A stretch of 64,000 bases of DNA from an uncultured virus (IMG/VR IMGVR_UViG_3300034021_001069). Lineage: Duplodnaviria > Heunggongvirae > Uroviricota > Caudoviricetes. The stretch is taken from IMG/VR virus record IMGVR_UViG_3300034021_001069, one strand, 5' to 3'. This document shows, in pieces, positions 1-10,175 of this stretch; position 1 is the stretch's first letter, and every line of letters starts with the position of its first letter. Under the pieces are notes generated by a model. The model was not told where the DNA came from, did not search any database, and saw nothing but the letters and a program-made list of their open reading frames with translations. The position numbers and the translations under genes were made by a program.

Positions 1-581
1 TCAGCGATTTCCATGTGCTCTTTCTGAGTGCCATTAGCGGTTCTCAATTGAATATAATGAACCCATGACCTGCAACTGCCAGTCATGTAAATTTTTGTGG
101 GAGTTGCCAAAGGCAATACAAAACGAGCTGACTCCTTTGCCACACCATTAGCTAAAAGATGATTATAAAGAGAAACCCCTTGCTCAAAATAAGTATTAAT
201 TTTATCTGTCATTAATTTGACAAATTCGGGATCCAAATCATCAATACTATTCTGACGATTCTTAGTATCTTGGCGGCGAAGTTCTGGTGCTAAAATCTTT
301 TCCGTTAGCAAATTGGTATCTGCATATCGCTGCGAAAATTCTTGATATGTAAAGCTTCTATGACGTAAAATTTGAGCTGCGATACCACGAGTTGTGTTAA
401 TTTCCAAAGTCATATATGACTGCTCAAACACTGACCAATGATTATGCTTAATGCAATATTGCAAAAGTCTTGCGTAATTGGTGTTATTTTGATTGCTAGG
501 ATTACTAACCCTAGCAATGTATGCCATAGACTCCTCAGCATTAGGAGTCATGGTTACAAATTTAACTGACTGTTCACTCAT
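1..581 (-). CDS. thyX: FAD-dependent thymidylate synthase ThyX (3' end outside window)
   Basis: Not in ORF track. Manual translation MSEQSVKFVTMTPNAEESMAYIARVSNP...HWSVFEQ...AQILRHRSFTYQEFSQRY contains the ThyX RHR-x7-S motif. GAGG RBS. Confidence 0.95.
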   Translation of the reverse strand, partial: MSEQSVKFVTMTPNAEESMAYIARVSNPSNQNNTNYARLLQYCIKHNHWSVFEQSYMTLEINTTRGIAAQILRHRSFTYQEFSQRYADTNLLTEKILAPELRRQDTKNRQNSIDDLDPEFVKLMTDKINTYFEQGVSLYNHLLANGVAKESARFVLPLATPTKIYMTGSCRSWVHYIQLRTANGTQKEHMEIA

Positions 582-588
582 GTTGACC

Positions 589-852
589 TCATTTAATAAT
601 TTTAATTAAATTGAACAAAATAAAAGACTTAAGGTAGTTCAATGCAAGAGCTGGAAAAATATAATTTAATGCCCACATCATAAAAAGAGGAGCAGTGAAA
701 TACAAAATGATTTTAACAATTGTTTTGCCAAGTTCCTGATATTCTTGTTCCTCTTTTTCTTTTTTCTTTAGATACTCTTGATACTCAATTGCATCAGTTT
801 CTTGCTGGGAAATAGCAGCTTTAGGATCAAAATATACACTATCAGGCTTCAT
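589..852 (-). CDS. hypothetical membrane protein
   Basis: Start moved to MKPDSV (ATGA overlap with upstream stop). Hydrophobic C-terminus. Confidence 0.7.
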   Translation of the reverse strand: MKPDSVYFDPKAAISQQETDAIEYQEYLKKKEKEEQEYQELGKTIVKIILYFTAPLFMMWALNYIFPALALNYLKSFILFNLIKIIK

Positions 853-1163
853 TTTTGCTTCTTGCTTTTCTCTTGAGTTGATTGAGTATATAGTTTTGGA
901 TTTATTTTTCCTTTTGTCCATGACATCTTTTTAATTACACCGCCAAAATTATCGTAGTATGCATCAAATATATCAAACCTAGAGCCCATAACAATATCAT
1001 ACCACACAGTATCATCGACTTCACAATAAATTAGATATGAATTTCTAGGCAAATTAGTATCTTCTGCATAATCTGGAGAGCAATTCATATGAAGTATGGT
1101 GACACCATACTTTTTAAATACATCATGGTGCTCTTTTGAAAGTAACATATCAGGTTCTTCCAC
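849..1163 (-). CDS. hypothetical cyanophage protein
   Basis: ORF tiled in operon. Confidence 0.7.
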   Translation of the reverse strand: MEEPDMLLSKEHHDVFKKYGVTILHMNCSPDYAEDTNLPRNSYLIYCEVDDTVWYDIVMGSRFDIFDAYYDNFGGVIKKMSWTKGKINPKLYTQSTQEKSKKQK

Positions 1164-1581
1164 CCCACTGAATCTGAGGGAATGCCTCTTCTACGCAAGC
1201 TTTTGTAATCCTAAATTTAGACTGAAGATCTTTATCTTTTACTAAGCATAATACTTCAGCTTCCTCTGCATGTAGCCCTTCACACATGGCGATAAACATT
1301 GATTCTTTTTTTAGAGCTGGGATATTAGAACCACCTTTAACAAAATAGTAAAGCTTCCTACCTTCATGCTCTAACAGAGTATGCTCTGTTCCCTTTGGTG
1401 AAGTATTTGGCTTATATGGAACTTCTCCATCTGGAATTTCGGAAGTAACACTATCGTCAAAATTCCAGATTAAAAGTGATCGTAGTGTTTGTGAATTATA
1501 CTGGCGAAGCAATTGAACCTTCTCTGCTTTGGTTTTTGCATTGCTTACCTTTTGTAAAATTTCAGAAATTAATAGTTTCAT
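1150..1581 (-). CDS. conserved T4-like phage hypothetical protein
   Basis: ORF coupled to RNase H, LLISEILQKV...EGLHAEEAEVL. Confidence 0.75.
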   Translation of the reverse strand: MKLLISEILQKVSNAKTKAEKVQLLRQYNSQTLRSLLIWNFDDSVTSEIPDGEVPYKPNTSPKGTEHTLLEHEGRKLYYFVKGGSNIPALKKESMFIAMCEGLHAEEAEVLCLVKDKDLQSKFRITKACVEEAFPQIQWGGRT

Positions 1582-2456
1582 CAGAATTCTCCAATCTTTT
1601 CAAGTAAATCCTTTAAGTTATGTTGCATTAAATACGGATATATGGCACTTCTTTTTGGTGGATTAGCCATCTCATAAGTATCTATAATAGCATCAACAAT
1701 TTGAGTTGGAATACACTCGAAATCAATTAGAGTTTTATTCCTTTCGTAGTTTTTTAGTTGTTGCTCACTAGAACAAAATTCTTCTGGAGAAAGATCTGTG
1801 TATTTTACAATGTTCTTTTTCGATAGAGGTCTCTGACGTTTTTCATTTACAAATGTATCATCGTCTGAAAGATAATTCGGAATTCCATCTGATCGATCAC
1901 CTTTCATAATATGCTCCAAGACATATTGCTTAGGATCTGAACCATTAATAAACTTCTTCTGAATAGGATTATATTGATTTACAAACTTATACTTTTGCAG
2001 TTGAATGAAATCTTTATCCCCAGAAAGAATAAGAACCTTAACGATGGGCTGCATATTATTATGCAACCTAATATTTTTTAATCCTTGATCTTTACAAAGA
2101 ACTGCAATGCAGTCATCAGCTTCAGCTCCGTCAACTTCAATGACTTTGTATGGCAGATGATCTTTGATTTCATCTCGGATTTGATTGAGAATCTTGAAAA
2201 TTTCGCTCCAGTCTAATTCAGAATTCTCTCTATCTTTTTTTCTAGTTCCTTTATAATACTTAAAATATTCTTTTCTCCAATAATGTTTGGAGTCATAACA
2301 AAGAACTAACTCACCATATTTTTCATAGAATTTACTGCGATTATACCGCAGGCTATTCAGAACCATATGGCGAATTAGTTTAACGTTAATCTGTTTGTCA
2401 ACCAAGTGTGCCATCATGTTTGAAATCATCACTTGATTCATGTCAACAAGAATCAT
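1581..2456 (-). CDS. rnh: T4-type RNase H (5'-3' exonuclease)
   Basis: MILVD, EADD, SGDKDFIQL and GDRSDGIPN motifs. Confidence 0.95.
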   Translation of the reverse strand: MILVDMNQVMISNMMAHLVDKQINVKLIRHMVLNSLRYNRSKFYEKYGELVLCYDSKHYWRKEYFKYYKGTRKKDRENSELDWSEIFKILNQIRDEIKDHLPYKVIEVDGAEADDCIAVLCKDQGLKNIRLHNNMQPIVKVLILSGDKDFIQLQKYKFVNQYNPIQKKFINGSDPKQYVLEHIMKGDRSDGIPNYLSDDDTFVNEKRQRPLSKKNIVKYTDLSPEEFCSSEQQLKNYERNKTLIDFECIPTQIVDAIIDTYEMANPPKRSAIYPYLMQHNLKDLLEKIGEF

Positions 2457-2462
2457 GAGTCT

Positions 2463-2705
2463 TCAGTCGTCTTCGTCTAGTATTGTATCATCGTCTTCAA
2501 TAAAACGCAAGTAAATCAGCTCATCATTTCTAATATTGCCTTCTTCATCAATCATTTCTGGATGTAAAATATGTTTTGCATATCCAGCATTTTCATACCA
2601 TAGATCGAAAATATCTTTAAGATTCCAAGCTAGGATTCCACCAAGAATAAAACTGCCTATAGTTAAAAAAAAGCAAATGAAAAGAAAAGTTGTGGATGCT
2701 TCCAT
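2463..2705 (-). CDS. small membrane-anchored hypothetical protein
   Basis: N-terminal TM, HPEMIDEEG, acidic tail, GGAGG RBS. Confidence 0.75.
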   Translation of the reverse strand: MEASTTFLFICFFLTIGSFILGGILAWNLKDIFDLWYENAGYAKHILHPEMIDEEGNIRNDELIYLRFIEDDDTILDEDD

Positions 2706-2779
2706 GGGTTTCCCTCCGTAGTTTGTTTAGATAACGAGATAACGAAACCCTACCTCCTAATTTTTTACTTCATAATTAT

Positions 2780-3154
2780 TTATGATTCTTTCTGGATTTT
2801 CTTTTTTCTTCCAGGTTTTCTCTCTTCAGAATATTTCCAACAATCTTCTAGCATACCATTCAAATAATCTTTAATTTTTCTGGCTCTAGGTTTGCCAAGG
2901 TGACCATATGCCTCCCTAAGCAATTGATGCTCTTTGTCGGAACCACCTTCAAGATACTCTTCAAGGTCATAAATTACATTTGTAATATTAGCTGCGCTGG
3001 GGCTTTCAGTAAATTTTTGAACTTCTGATTTGGTGAATTTATTGAGCTTTAAATAATCATACATTTTAAATAGATACTTATCTCTAGTAAATGCATGATC
3101 AATTGCATTCTCAACCAGACCTAAAAGCTCAGTTTCTCCAAATGGGTTAATCAC
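2780..3154 (-). CDS. hypothetical cyanophage protein
   Basis: ORF coupled to nrdC. Confidence 0.75.
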   Translation of the reverse strand: MINPFGETELLGLVENAIDHAFTRDKYLFKMYDYLKLNKFTKSEVQKFTESPSAANITNVIYDLEEYLEGGSDKEHQLLREAYGHLGKPRARKIKDYLNGMLEDCWKYSEERKPGRKKKIQKES

Positions 3155-3405
3155 AGATGCTTATTCTCCTTCAAATAAGTAATAGTTTCGCTGCAACCAC
3201 CAATTTTACTATTGTTAATAATTACTTGAGGGAATGTAGCATTCGGACCAAACTCAGCATAAAATTGATCTCTAGTGAAATGTGTATTCAAAGAGTATTC
3301 AGTATAGTGCCAGCCCTGAGCCTCATAAAGTTCCTTTAGCTTAGTGCAGTATGGGCATCCAGTTCTTGAGTAAATTGTAGTTCTAAGTGCTTTAATTGAT
3401 GTCAT
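3151..3405 (-). CDS. nrdC: glutaredoxin
   Basis: CPYC, TFPQV and IGG motifs. Confidence 0.92.
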   Translation of the reverse strand: MTSIKALRTTIYSRTGCPYCTKLKELYEAQGWHYTEYSLNTHFTRDQFYAEFGPNATFPQVIINNSKIGGCSETITYLKENKHL

Positions 3406-3427
3406 AATAACTCCTATAAGTTAAAGG

Positions 3428-3501
3428 TCGGGGTGATAGGATTCGAACCTACGGCCCCTCGCTCCCAAAGCGAGTGCTCTACCAAACTGAGCTACACCCC
3501 G
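3428..3501 (-). tRNA. tRNA-Pro(UGG)
   Basis: CGGGGTG acceptor, CTCGC-TTTGGGA-GCGAG anticodon arm, TTCGAAT T-loop. Confidence 0.95.
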
Positions 3502-4088
3502 ATAACATTAAACGCAATAGACACTCTAATTGTATCAGAAATATTTTCTTCTGTCGAGTGTTCAAGCCATGATGGAAATAATATTAGTGTTGATGGAATT
3601 GGTTCAAAACACTTTCCTTGATCTTCTGCTCCAACCATAGCCATTTTAGAAAATGGGTTTGGATTGTAAAAAATAATACCTCCGTGTTCTTTTATTGTTT
3701 GGTGATAATAAACTCCAGAAATTAAAGAATTAGTATGAGTATGTGTAACTTGTCTTTTTCCTGGTGGAGTTAAGTTAATCCACGAATTGATTATACTATG
3801 CTCTGGTGGTTTGCCCAATCTCATCAAATAATCTTTAATGTGAGCATCAATAAATGCAGAAAAAGTAGGAAGGTATTTACGATATTTATAAATTAAATTA
3901 TCGAGCTTATTCATTCCCTCATGCGTTCCTACTTTGATGTCATCTCTGGCTCCTGGAGAAAGATAGGAACGAACATTGTTGTCATCCGTTCCCATAATTT
4001 GAAGAAGAGTTTGCTCAACTTCAGACACAATCTCTTCCTCTTTGTGTGTTACTGCTTTAATTGCTGTTGGAAATAGTTCTATCATCAT
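3492..4088 (-). CDS. putative 2OG-Fe(II) oxygenase
   Basis: SWIN, HTH, SGVYY, FPSWLEH, RVSIAFN. Confidence 0.85.
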   Translation of the reverse strand: MMIELFPTAIKAVTHKEEEIVSEVEQTLLQIMGTDDNNVRSYLSPGARDDIKVGTHEGMNKLDNLIYKYRKYLPTFSAFIDAHIKDYLMRLGKPPEHSIINSWINLTPPGKRQVTHTHTNSLISGVYYHQTIKEHGGIIFYNPNPFSKMAMVGAEDQGKCFEPIPSTLILFPSWLEHSTEENISDTIRVSIAFNVIGV

Positions 4089-4275
4089 TTGGTTTATAAT
4101 CAATTCTATCAATTTCAGCCAAGGTTGAACGATAATATCGTTTCATTTTTTTGAGCATTTTGCGTTTGCCATTTTCATCATCAGCATATTTTGTCATAAC
4201 ACTCTTAAGCATTTTCAACTCTTGCTGTGATTGATATAGTGATCTATCTGCCCAATTTTCGTTACGTTTTACCAT
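4057..4275 (-). CDS. hypothetical protein
   Basis: ORF coupled to upstream gene. Confidence 0.6.
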   Translation of the reverse strand: MVKRNENWADRSLYQSQQELKMLKSVMTKYADDENGKRKMLKKMKRYYRSTLAEIDRIDYKPNDDRTISNSN

Positions 4276-7200
4276 TAACTAGAAACCTCCTTAATTTTAA
4301 ACTTAACCCTCAATCTATTTTGAGGATCCAAAAATGTCAAATACCAAACTAGAGATTGGGTATCATGTGACTTTTGGTAGAACCCCATCTTAACAGGTAT
4401 TGGAGAATTTTGCAATTCCACATCATACTTGTTTATTTTTACGTTAGGCAATGAGACTGTTTTTGGTAGGCTAGATGGATTAACATAATAGGGAGGGTTC
4501 AATGGATCGGTTCCTTCTCTATTATCATTTTCCGCTTCAGGCCAGACCATAGAAAACTCAGCATCATCTGAGTATCCATCTCCAGAGTTTACAACATTGA
4601 CAACATCTATGACAACAGCATATCCATCATAACCAGGATCTGTAATATTAAATGATTGTAATAGCTGTTGAGATGGTTTAGGAACAATCTTAAATTTCAA
4701 TCTAATTCTAGCATTTCCACTTCTAGAAAGAACAAAGTCATGGTAGAAAGTATCATAATCTTGTCCAAAGATAGACTGCCTTGTATTTGCAATATCTTGT
4801 GTCAAAAATTCATATAAAGTTTTTGGTTTTTTCCAATCTCTAGTCATAGAACTGGGACCTCTTTGGAAGTCACTAAAGATCATTCTTCTAAACATGTCTC
4901 CTCTTCTCAGCAAGATATGTTCAGAGTTAGATGCCTTTTGACCATTTATCCAAGCTGGTTTCCAGCTAGTAGTCACATCATCATTTTCTATTGCCATATC
5001 AAATGTCAAGATCGATCCACCAACTGAAGTAGTTGATCCTGGAGCTGCAGCAGGAATTGGATACTGCTCTTTGTCTAGAGATAATGTAGTAATAGTAATC
5101 GGAACAACCTGCTCAAACATTTTCAAGTCTTCATCAAACAAACTAATAGAAAGATTTGACGTTGAATAGAAAGATCCAGATAAAACTTCAGGGATGACTA
5201 TCCTCAAAGTATCACCAGCAGATACTGGTATTGTAGCAGATAATTTATATCCTATTGTTTTCCAATCTGCCCCACTATGAGTCTCTTCATATACCAAAGT
5301 CTGATTTCTATACATCCTAATTGTAAAGATTAGACAATCTCCACCTCTAGTGAATATTCCACCATAAGAGCGAAGTGATATATTTCCATCGTTTACGATA
5401 TACAAAGACTGATCATTCTTTTGCAGAACTGTATAATCACCTGTGCATGTTCCACAATTGTTTTCTTGATATGAACTACCACAGCCCGATCTTGTGATCT
5501 GCATTGGTTCCAAATCTGTAGAAAAAATTCGAGGATCACAATCAGTTTTATTTTGAATTGTTAGATAAACTTTTTCTGGTGCTTGGGTTCTGTAAACATA
5601 ACATTGAATACCTTCATGAACATATACCCCATCTCCCCAACCCATCTTATAGAAAGCTTTAGTATCATCATAGTCATTGTCACCATTCAATAAATCTTCC
5701 CACCATTGCCAGTCATCTGATTTTAAGAGACTATATCTTTTTTTATTTGGATTTAATTCACTTTCACTAAAGAAGACTCTACCCTCTCTGGAAGATACCT
5801 GATCACACACATATCCATTGCCTACTGAACTAAAAGTGACATTTTGCTGATCACTTGCTCCACGATTTCCACCATCAGATATCAGAAAGAATCCAATTCT
5901 TCCATTTAAATTTTGCCTCAGAATACTTATTGGGATAATTGTTTGAGTATATCCCTCTGATGTTGTTGCCTGAGCTTCAATAATTCTACCAAAAGTTATA
6001 ACTCCAGAAGAATTTCTTAAATAAACTCCCAATGAGTTTTGATATCCAGCACTACCTTTATGTAAATCGAAGCCAACAAATAAATTAGTATAAATTTCAT
6101 TCGGAATATGATAATACTGACCATTAGCACTTAGTTTAGGTGAGGCATTATCTCCGATATATTCAAGTTGATACTTATGATCAAATGCAGTTGGTGGACC
6201 ATATGGCTGGAAATATCTATGCAATGGTTCTATTATCTCATCATTTGCTAGATGCGTCACAGCATCATTCGGAGTTGGAAATACATATCCCAATATTTCA
6301 ACAAACTGCATACCTGCAGCATCCATGGTTGCACTTTCTCCAACACCAGGAGAATCTGGTTCACCTGGATTTGTAGTTAAAAATGTATCTACATTTGAAG
6401 ATGAATAGTATTTAAATAAAGGAACGGATCCTTGAACTTGCTCCTTTAGAAGATAAAAAGATATTCCGAGCGAAACATATCCTGCTGGAGGGTTTGGGGA
6501 TGTTCCATATGCGTGGTCAGTTCCTGAAGTAACACCAGCAATTAAAGTGAAGGTAACTGTCACATTACCTCTACCACCATTTAAAGATGCAGTAAAAGAG
6601 TCTCCAACAACTCCACCACCACTTACATTTGATATCCACCAATTACTATCCCACTCTCCATTATCATCAATTGGATCAGCATTAATAGTGACTGTTACTC
6701 CAGCACCAGATGCAGTCCACGTTCTAGTAGCACCACTATTAAATATTTTATTTCCACATTCTCTTCTTATTTTCTTACCATTCCAGGTTCCATCTGGATT
6801 AGTAGTTACTGAGGATCTACCACAAACATTAAATTGAACGACGTTTGATGTAGGAGAACCACCTTTTAAATATTCGTAAATTGGTATTCTATCTGGAACA
6901 CAATTCTCAACACATACTTTATCTTTATTTCCATAAAGTTTTGGTGTAATAAAAGTTTCACAAGTTACTGGAGCAGGCTTCCAAGTGTTTCCGATATACT
7001 TTTTGAACATACAGTTCAATGCATCAGAAACACACTTATCCCAGTCATCATTTTTTTGACCACCTATGTCACTACCATCAATTATTATATTAGGTGATGT
7101 TGGGTCTTCTGGGTTTGGAAATCTTACAGAAATACTACTTGGTGTTGGTGGAGGATCTATAATAAGAGTTTTTAAAACATTAAGTAGTGGGTCTATATTT

Positions 7201-7439
7201 AAATCAAACCCATCTGGTGGTGGTAGTGGTTTTTCTACAGAAGAAACTGATTTTGGTGCCTGATCTGGATAGCAATTACCATATAATTCCTTAATTACAT
7301 TTGGTAAACTATCAATGGCTTCTGCAGCAAAATCATCTGGGGTTAAAGGTTCTCTACTTGGAACTTGACCTTGAAGATCTCCAGAGTCTGGCGTTAATTC
7401 TAAATCATCACCATAACAGTTATTTCCAGCTTCAGACAT
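4275..7439 (-). CDS. large late, probably virion-associated protein (DUF4114-like segment)
   Basis: 1054 aa, late-promoter ATAAATA upstream, WWEDLLNGDNDYDD motif, Gly/Ser/Thr-rich. Confidence 0.65.
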   Translation of the reverse strand: MSEAGNNCYGDDLELTPDSGDLQGQVPSREPLTPDDFAAEAIDSLPNVIKELYGNCYPDQAPKSVSSVEKPLPPPDGFDLNIDPLLNVLKTLIIDPPPTPSSISVRFPNPEDPTSPNIIIDGSDIGGQKNDDWDKCVSDALNCMFKKYIGNTWKPAPVTCETFITPKLYGNKDKVCVENCVPDRIPIYEYLKGGSPTSNVVQFNVCGRSSVTTNPDGTWNGKKIRRECGNKIFNSGATRTWTASGAGVTVTINADPIDDNGEWDSNWWISNVSGGGVVGDSFTASLNGGRGNVTVTFTLIAGVTSGTDHAYGTSPNPPAGYVSLGISFYLLKEQVQGSVPLFKYYSSSNVDTFLTTNPGEPDSPGVGESATMDAAGMQFVEILGYVFPTPNDAVTHLANDEIIEPLHRYFQPYGPPTAFDHKYQLEYIGDNASPKLSANGQYYHIPNEIYTNLFVGFDLHKGSAGYQNSLGVYLRNSSGVITFGRIIEAQATTSEGYTQTIIPISILRQNLNGRIGFFLISDGGNRGASDQQNVTFSSVGNGYVCDQVSSREGRVFFSESELNPNKKRYSLLKSDDWQWWEDLLNGDNDYDDTKAFYKMGWGDGVYVHEGIQCYVYRTQAPEKVYLTIQNKTDCDPRIFSTDLEPMQITRSGCGSSYQENNCGTCTGDYTVLQKNDQSLYIVNDGNISLRSYGGIFTRGGDCLIFTIRMYRNQTLVYEETHSGADWKTIGYKLSATIPVSAGDTLRIVIPEVLSGSFYSTSNLSISLFDEDLKMFEQVVPITITTLSLDKEQYPIPAAAPGSTTSVGGSILTFDMAIENDDVTTSWKPAWINGQKASNSEHILLRRGDMFRRMIFSDFQRGPSSMTRDWKKPKTLYEFLTQDIANTRQSIFGQDYDTFYHDFVLSRSGNARIRLKFKIVPKPSQQLLQSFNITDPGYDGYAVVIDVVNVVNSGDGYSDDAEFSMVWPEAENDNREGTDPLNPPYYVNPSSLPKTVSLPNVKINKYDVELQNSPIPVKMGFYQKSHDTQSLVWYLTFLDPQNRLRVKFKIKEVSS

Positions 7440-7466
7440 ATAACAAATTATCTTTTGTCTTATTTA

Positions 7467-7829
7467 TTATGATACTATACCCCTCTTAATCAAAGAAACA
7501 CTTGAGCTAGTTGATTTAAATGCCTCCTTTAAAAAGTCACCAGCTTTACTTGGAGAAGTGTGATCCCCACAAGTAAAAATATCTACAGCCGCATAAGACT
7601 TTTCTGGCCAGGTGTGAATTGAAATATGACTTTCGGATAGAAGGCACACCATTGTTATTCCTTGTGGTGTGAATTCATATTTCAATTCATCAATCAAAGT
7701 TGCGTTAGCTTCCACTATTGCATGTTTTAACATTAAAGAAATGTATTCTGGATCGTTCAATAAACTTGAATCACAATCACACAAATCTAAAATATAGTGG
7801 GTTCCCAGATGTTCTTGTAACTGTAGCAT
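7467..7829 (-). CDS. speD: S-adenosylmethionine decarboxylase-family pyruvoyl proenzyme
   Basis: LSESHISIHTWPE and AVDIFTCG motifs. Confidence 0.9.
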   Translation of the reverse strand: MLQLQEHLGTHYILDLCDCDSSLLNDPEYISLMLKHAIVEANATLIDELKYEFTPQGITMVCLLSESHISIHTWPEKSYAAVDIFTCGDHTSPSKAGDFLKEAFKSTSSSVSLIKRGIVS

Positions 7830-7894
7830 TTCATAAAAATCCGCAACATTCAAAGTATTTAGTTATAAAAAAGCCCTCCTAAGAGGGCTCAATT

Positions 7895-8539
7895 TCACCG
7901 AAAAGAAACTAATTGATCTCGATAACATACATACCAATCAATCCCCTTTCCATCAGTATCACCAGACATTTCAATATCTTCACCATCATATTGGGCTCCA
8001 GTAACAATACTAAAGTCTTCAGCAATTTGCCTAATACTTATAACAAGTTTGTTTGGATCAAATTCTTCATCATCTGGAAGTTCAAACGTTCCAGTATAAT
8101 TACCCTTTTCTATGGAATTATAGAGAATCCAAACACCATCAGGGCAAGCCAATTCTTCTTCATATTCACAGATAGCACCATCCTGGTCATCACTGTCTTC
8201 AATTTCTTCAGTGCTGTAATAGGGAAGAGATTCAACTGAGCTATAAAATACAGGTGTTTCTTCATCACTTTTACATACACCAACATATTGATCTGTGTAT
8301 GCACCCCATCCTAAGCAACCATCTGTAATCGTATCCCATGTAGGAAGATCGGTTTCTTCGTCTCCCCAAGCATTTGTTTTTTCTGCGATCAATTCTTGAT
8401 CAAATTCAATTTCACCCTGCTCATTAAAAGTAAAATACTTTTCAATTTGCTCTTGAGACAGTTCGACAGCTCCAATTTCACCCAAGTAACTACGATGAAA
8501 AGCACTTTCGCCACCAACCCAAATAGTATATTCAGTCAT
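7895..8539 (-). CDS. highly acidic hypothetical protein
   Basis: Start moved to MTEYTIW. Has its own sigma70-type promoter. Confidence 0.7.
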   Translation of the reverse strand: MTEYTIWVGGESAFHRSYLGEIGAVELSQEQIEKYFTFNEQGEIEFDQELIAEKTNAWGDEETDLPTWDTITDGCLGWGAYTDQYVGVCKSDEETPVFYSSVESLPYYSTEEIEDSDDQDGAICEYEEELACPDGVWILYNSIEKGNYTGTFELPDDEEFDPNKLVISIRQIAEDFSIVTGAQYDGEDIEMSGDTDGKGIDWYVCYRDQLVSFR

Positions 8540-8546
8540 TAGTAAT

Positions 8547-8592
8547 AAAAAAACCGCCCACATATTGTAGGCGGTTTTGAGGGTTTTGTCAA
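8547..8592 (-). terminator. psbA terminator overlapping a sigma70 promoter
   Basis: AAAACCGCC/GGCGGTTTTTTT stem with TTGACA-17-TACAAT superimposed. Confidence 0.75.
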
Positions 8593-8620
8593 ATCTCAGA
8601 GAGCATTACCCTCCGTTTAT

Positions 8621-9700
8621 TCAGCCGATTTCTGGTGCAGTTAGTGCAACAGGTGTCATATCAGCAGCAGCAAGATCGAGAGGGAAGTTGTGAGCATTGC
8701 GCTCGTGCATCACTTCCATGCCCAGACCACCACGATTAAGGATATCTGCCCAAGTATTGATCACATGACCTTGACTATCCTGAATTGACTGGTTGAAGTT
8801 GAATCCGTTCAAGTTAAATGCCATGGTGCTAACACCAAGAGCAGTGAACCAGATGCCAACAACAGGCCAAGCAGCCAGGAAGAAGTGCAGTGAACGTGAG
8901 TTATTGAAGGATGCGTACTGGAAGATCAAACGACCGAAGTATCCATGAGCAGCTACAATGTTGTAGGTTTCTTCTTCTTGGCCGAACTTGTATCCATAGT
9001 TCTGGGATTCGTTTTCAGTCGTCTCACGTACAAGACTAGAGGTGACAAGAGATCCGTGCATAGCAGAGAAAAGAGAACCACCGAAGACACCAGCAACTCC
9101 CAACATGTGGAAAGGATGCATGAGAATGTTGTGTTCTGCCTGGAAAACAAGCATGTAGTTGAAAGTTCCCGAAATCCCAAGAGGCATTGCGTCAGAGAAG
9201 GATCCTTGACCAAAGGGATAGACCAGGAAAACTGCAGAAGCAGCAGCAACGGGTGCAGAGTAGGCAACACAAATCCAAGGACGCATACCCAGTCTGTAAG
9301 AGAGTTCCCATTCACGACCCATGTAGGCATAGATACCGATTAGAAAATGGAAGACGACCAGTTGGAATGGTCCACCATTATATAGCCACTCGTCAAGTGA
9401 ATTTGCTTCCCAAATGGGGTAAAAATGGAGACCGATAGCATTGCTAGAAGGAACAACAGCACCAGAGATGATGTTATTTCCATACATCAGTGAACCAGCA
9501 ACAGGTTCACGAATACCGTCGATATCGACAGGAGGAGCAGCAATAAAAGCAACAATGAAACAGATAGTAGCTGCAAGTAGGGTGGGGATCATAAGAGTTC
9601 CAAACCAACCAACGTAAAGACGATTGTTGGTAGAAGTCACCCACTCACAGAATTGTTCCCAAGTGTTGCTTCCACGCTGTTGAGCGATGGTTGCAGTCAT
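8621..9700 (-). CDS. psbA: photosystem II D1 protein (Glu130 form, intron-free)
   Basis: Full-length D1: [30 protein letters not shown]. Confidence 0.99.
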   Translation of the reverse strand: MTATIAQQRGSNTWEQFCEWVTSTNNRLYVGWFGTLMIPTLLAATICFIVAFIAAPPVDIDGIREPVAGSLMYGNNIISGAVVPSSNAIGLHFYPIWEANSLDEWLYNGGPFQLVVFHFLIGIYAYMGREWELSYRLGMRPWICVAYSAPVAAASAVFLVYPFGQGSFSDAMPLGISGTFNYMLVFQAEHNILMHPFHMLGVAGVFGGSLFSAMHGSLVTSSLVRETTENESQNYGYKFGQEEETYNIVAAHGYFGRLIFQYASFNNSRSLHFFLAAWPVVGIWFTALGVSTMAFNLNGFNFNQSIQDSQGHVINTWADILNRGGLGMEVMHERNAHNFPLDLAAADMTPVALTAPEIG

Positions 9701-9772
9701 AGTTTTAAAACTCCGTTAGATTGAGTATGTAATGAAAGATTAGAAAACTTTACGTTTCGTAACCTTTCAACT

Positions 9773-9806
9773 TATTTATAATAGCATTGTCAGGAAATCC
9801 TGTCAA
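9773..9806 (-). promoter_or_regulatory. psbA composite promoter (sigma70 plus T4-type late)
   Basis: TTGACA-17-TATTAT overlapping TATAAATA. Confidence 0.75.
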
Positions 9807-10012
9807 TAGGTATTTTCACTTCCCTCTTGAGTCTCTTGAGACTTGTTCAGTTGTCTCATTTGCTTCATCAATTTCTTTACAATTTTATTTTGACGTATTT
9901 GATTTAATAATCTGGAGGCATAACTTATATCTGCTTCAGTGTACCAGTCTGGATGCTCTCCATATTCTTCTAAGATTTTTTTAGCTAACCTCTTTTGTTC
10001 TTTCTTTTTCAT
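9803..10012 (-). CDS. hypothetical protein
   Basis: Tiled ORF. Confidence 0.6.
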   Translation of the reverse strand: MKKKEQKRLAKKILEEYGEHPDWYTEADISYASRLLNQIRQNKIVKKLMKQMRQLNKSQETQEGSENTY

Positions 10013-10175
10013 TTGTTTCTACCATCCTTAATTCTCTAAATTCTGTTAGATAGTTTTTAGCCATATTGGTAAGATCGATATACCATTTAGCTTTATGTTC
10101 TGATAATTTTACATAATTTTTGAGAGTTATCCAACCCCTATCTTCATAATAGCATTGAATATCATATTTTTTCAT
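9981..10175 (-). CDS. hypothetical protein
   Basis: Start MKKYDIQ, ATGA overlap, GGAG RBS. Confidence 0.65.
   Translation of the reverse strand: MKKYDIQCYYEDRGWITLKNYVKLSEHKAKWYIDLTNMAKNYLTEFRELRMVETNEKERTKEVS

Noticed and set aside
8621..9700. Intron or homing endonuclease in psbA, or an adjacent psbD
   Set aside because: psbA is continuous and no D2 ORF is in the window. nrdA, nrdB, gp43, gp41 and gp17 have normal lengths, so no inteins.
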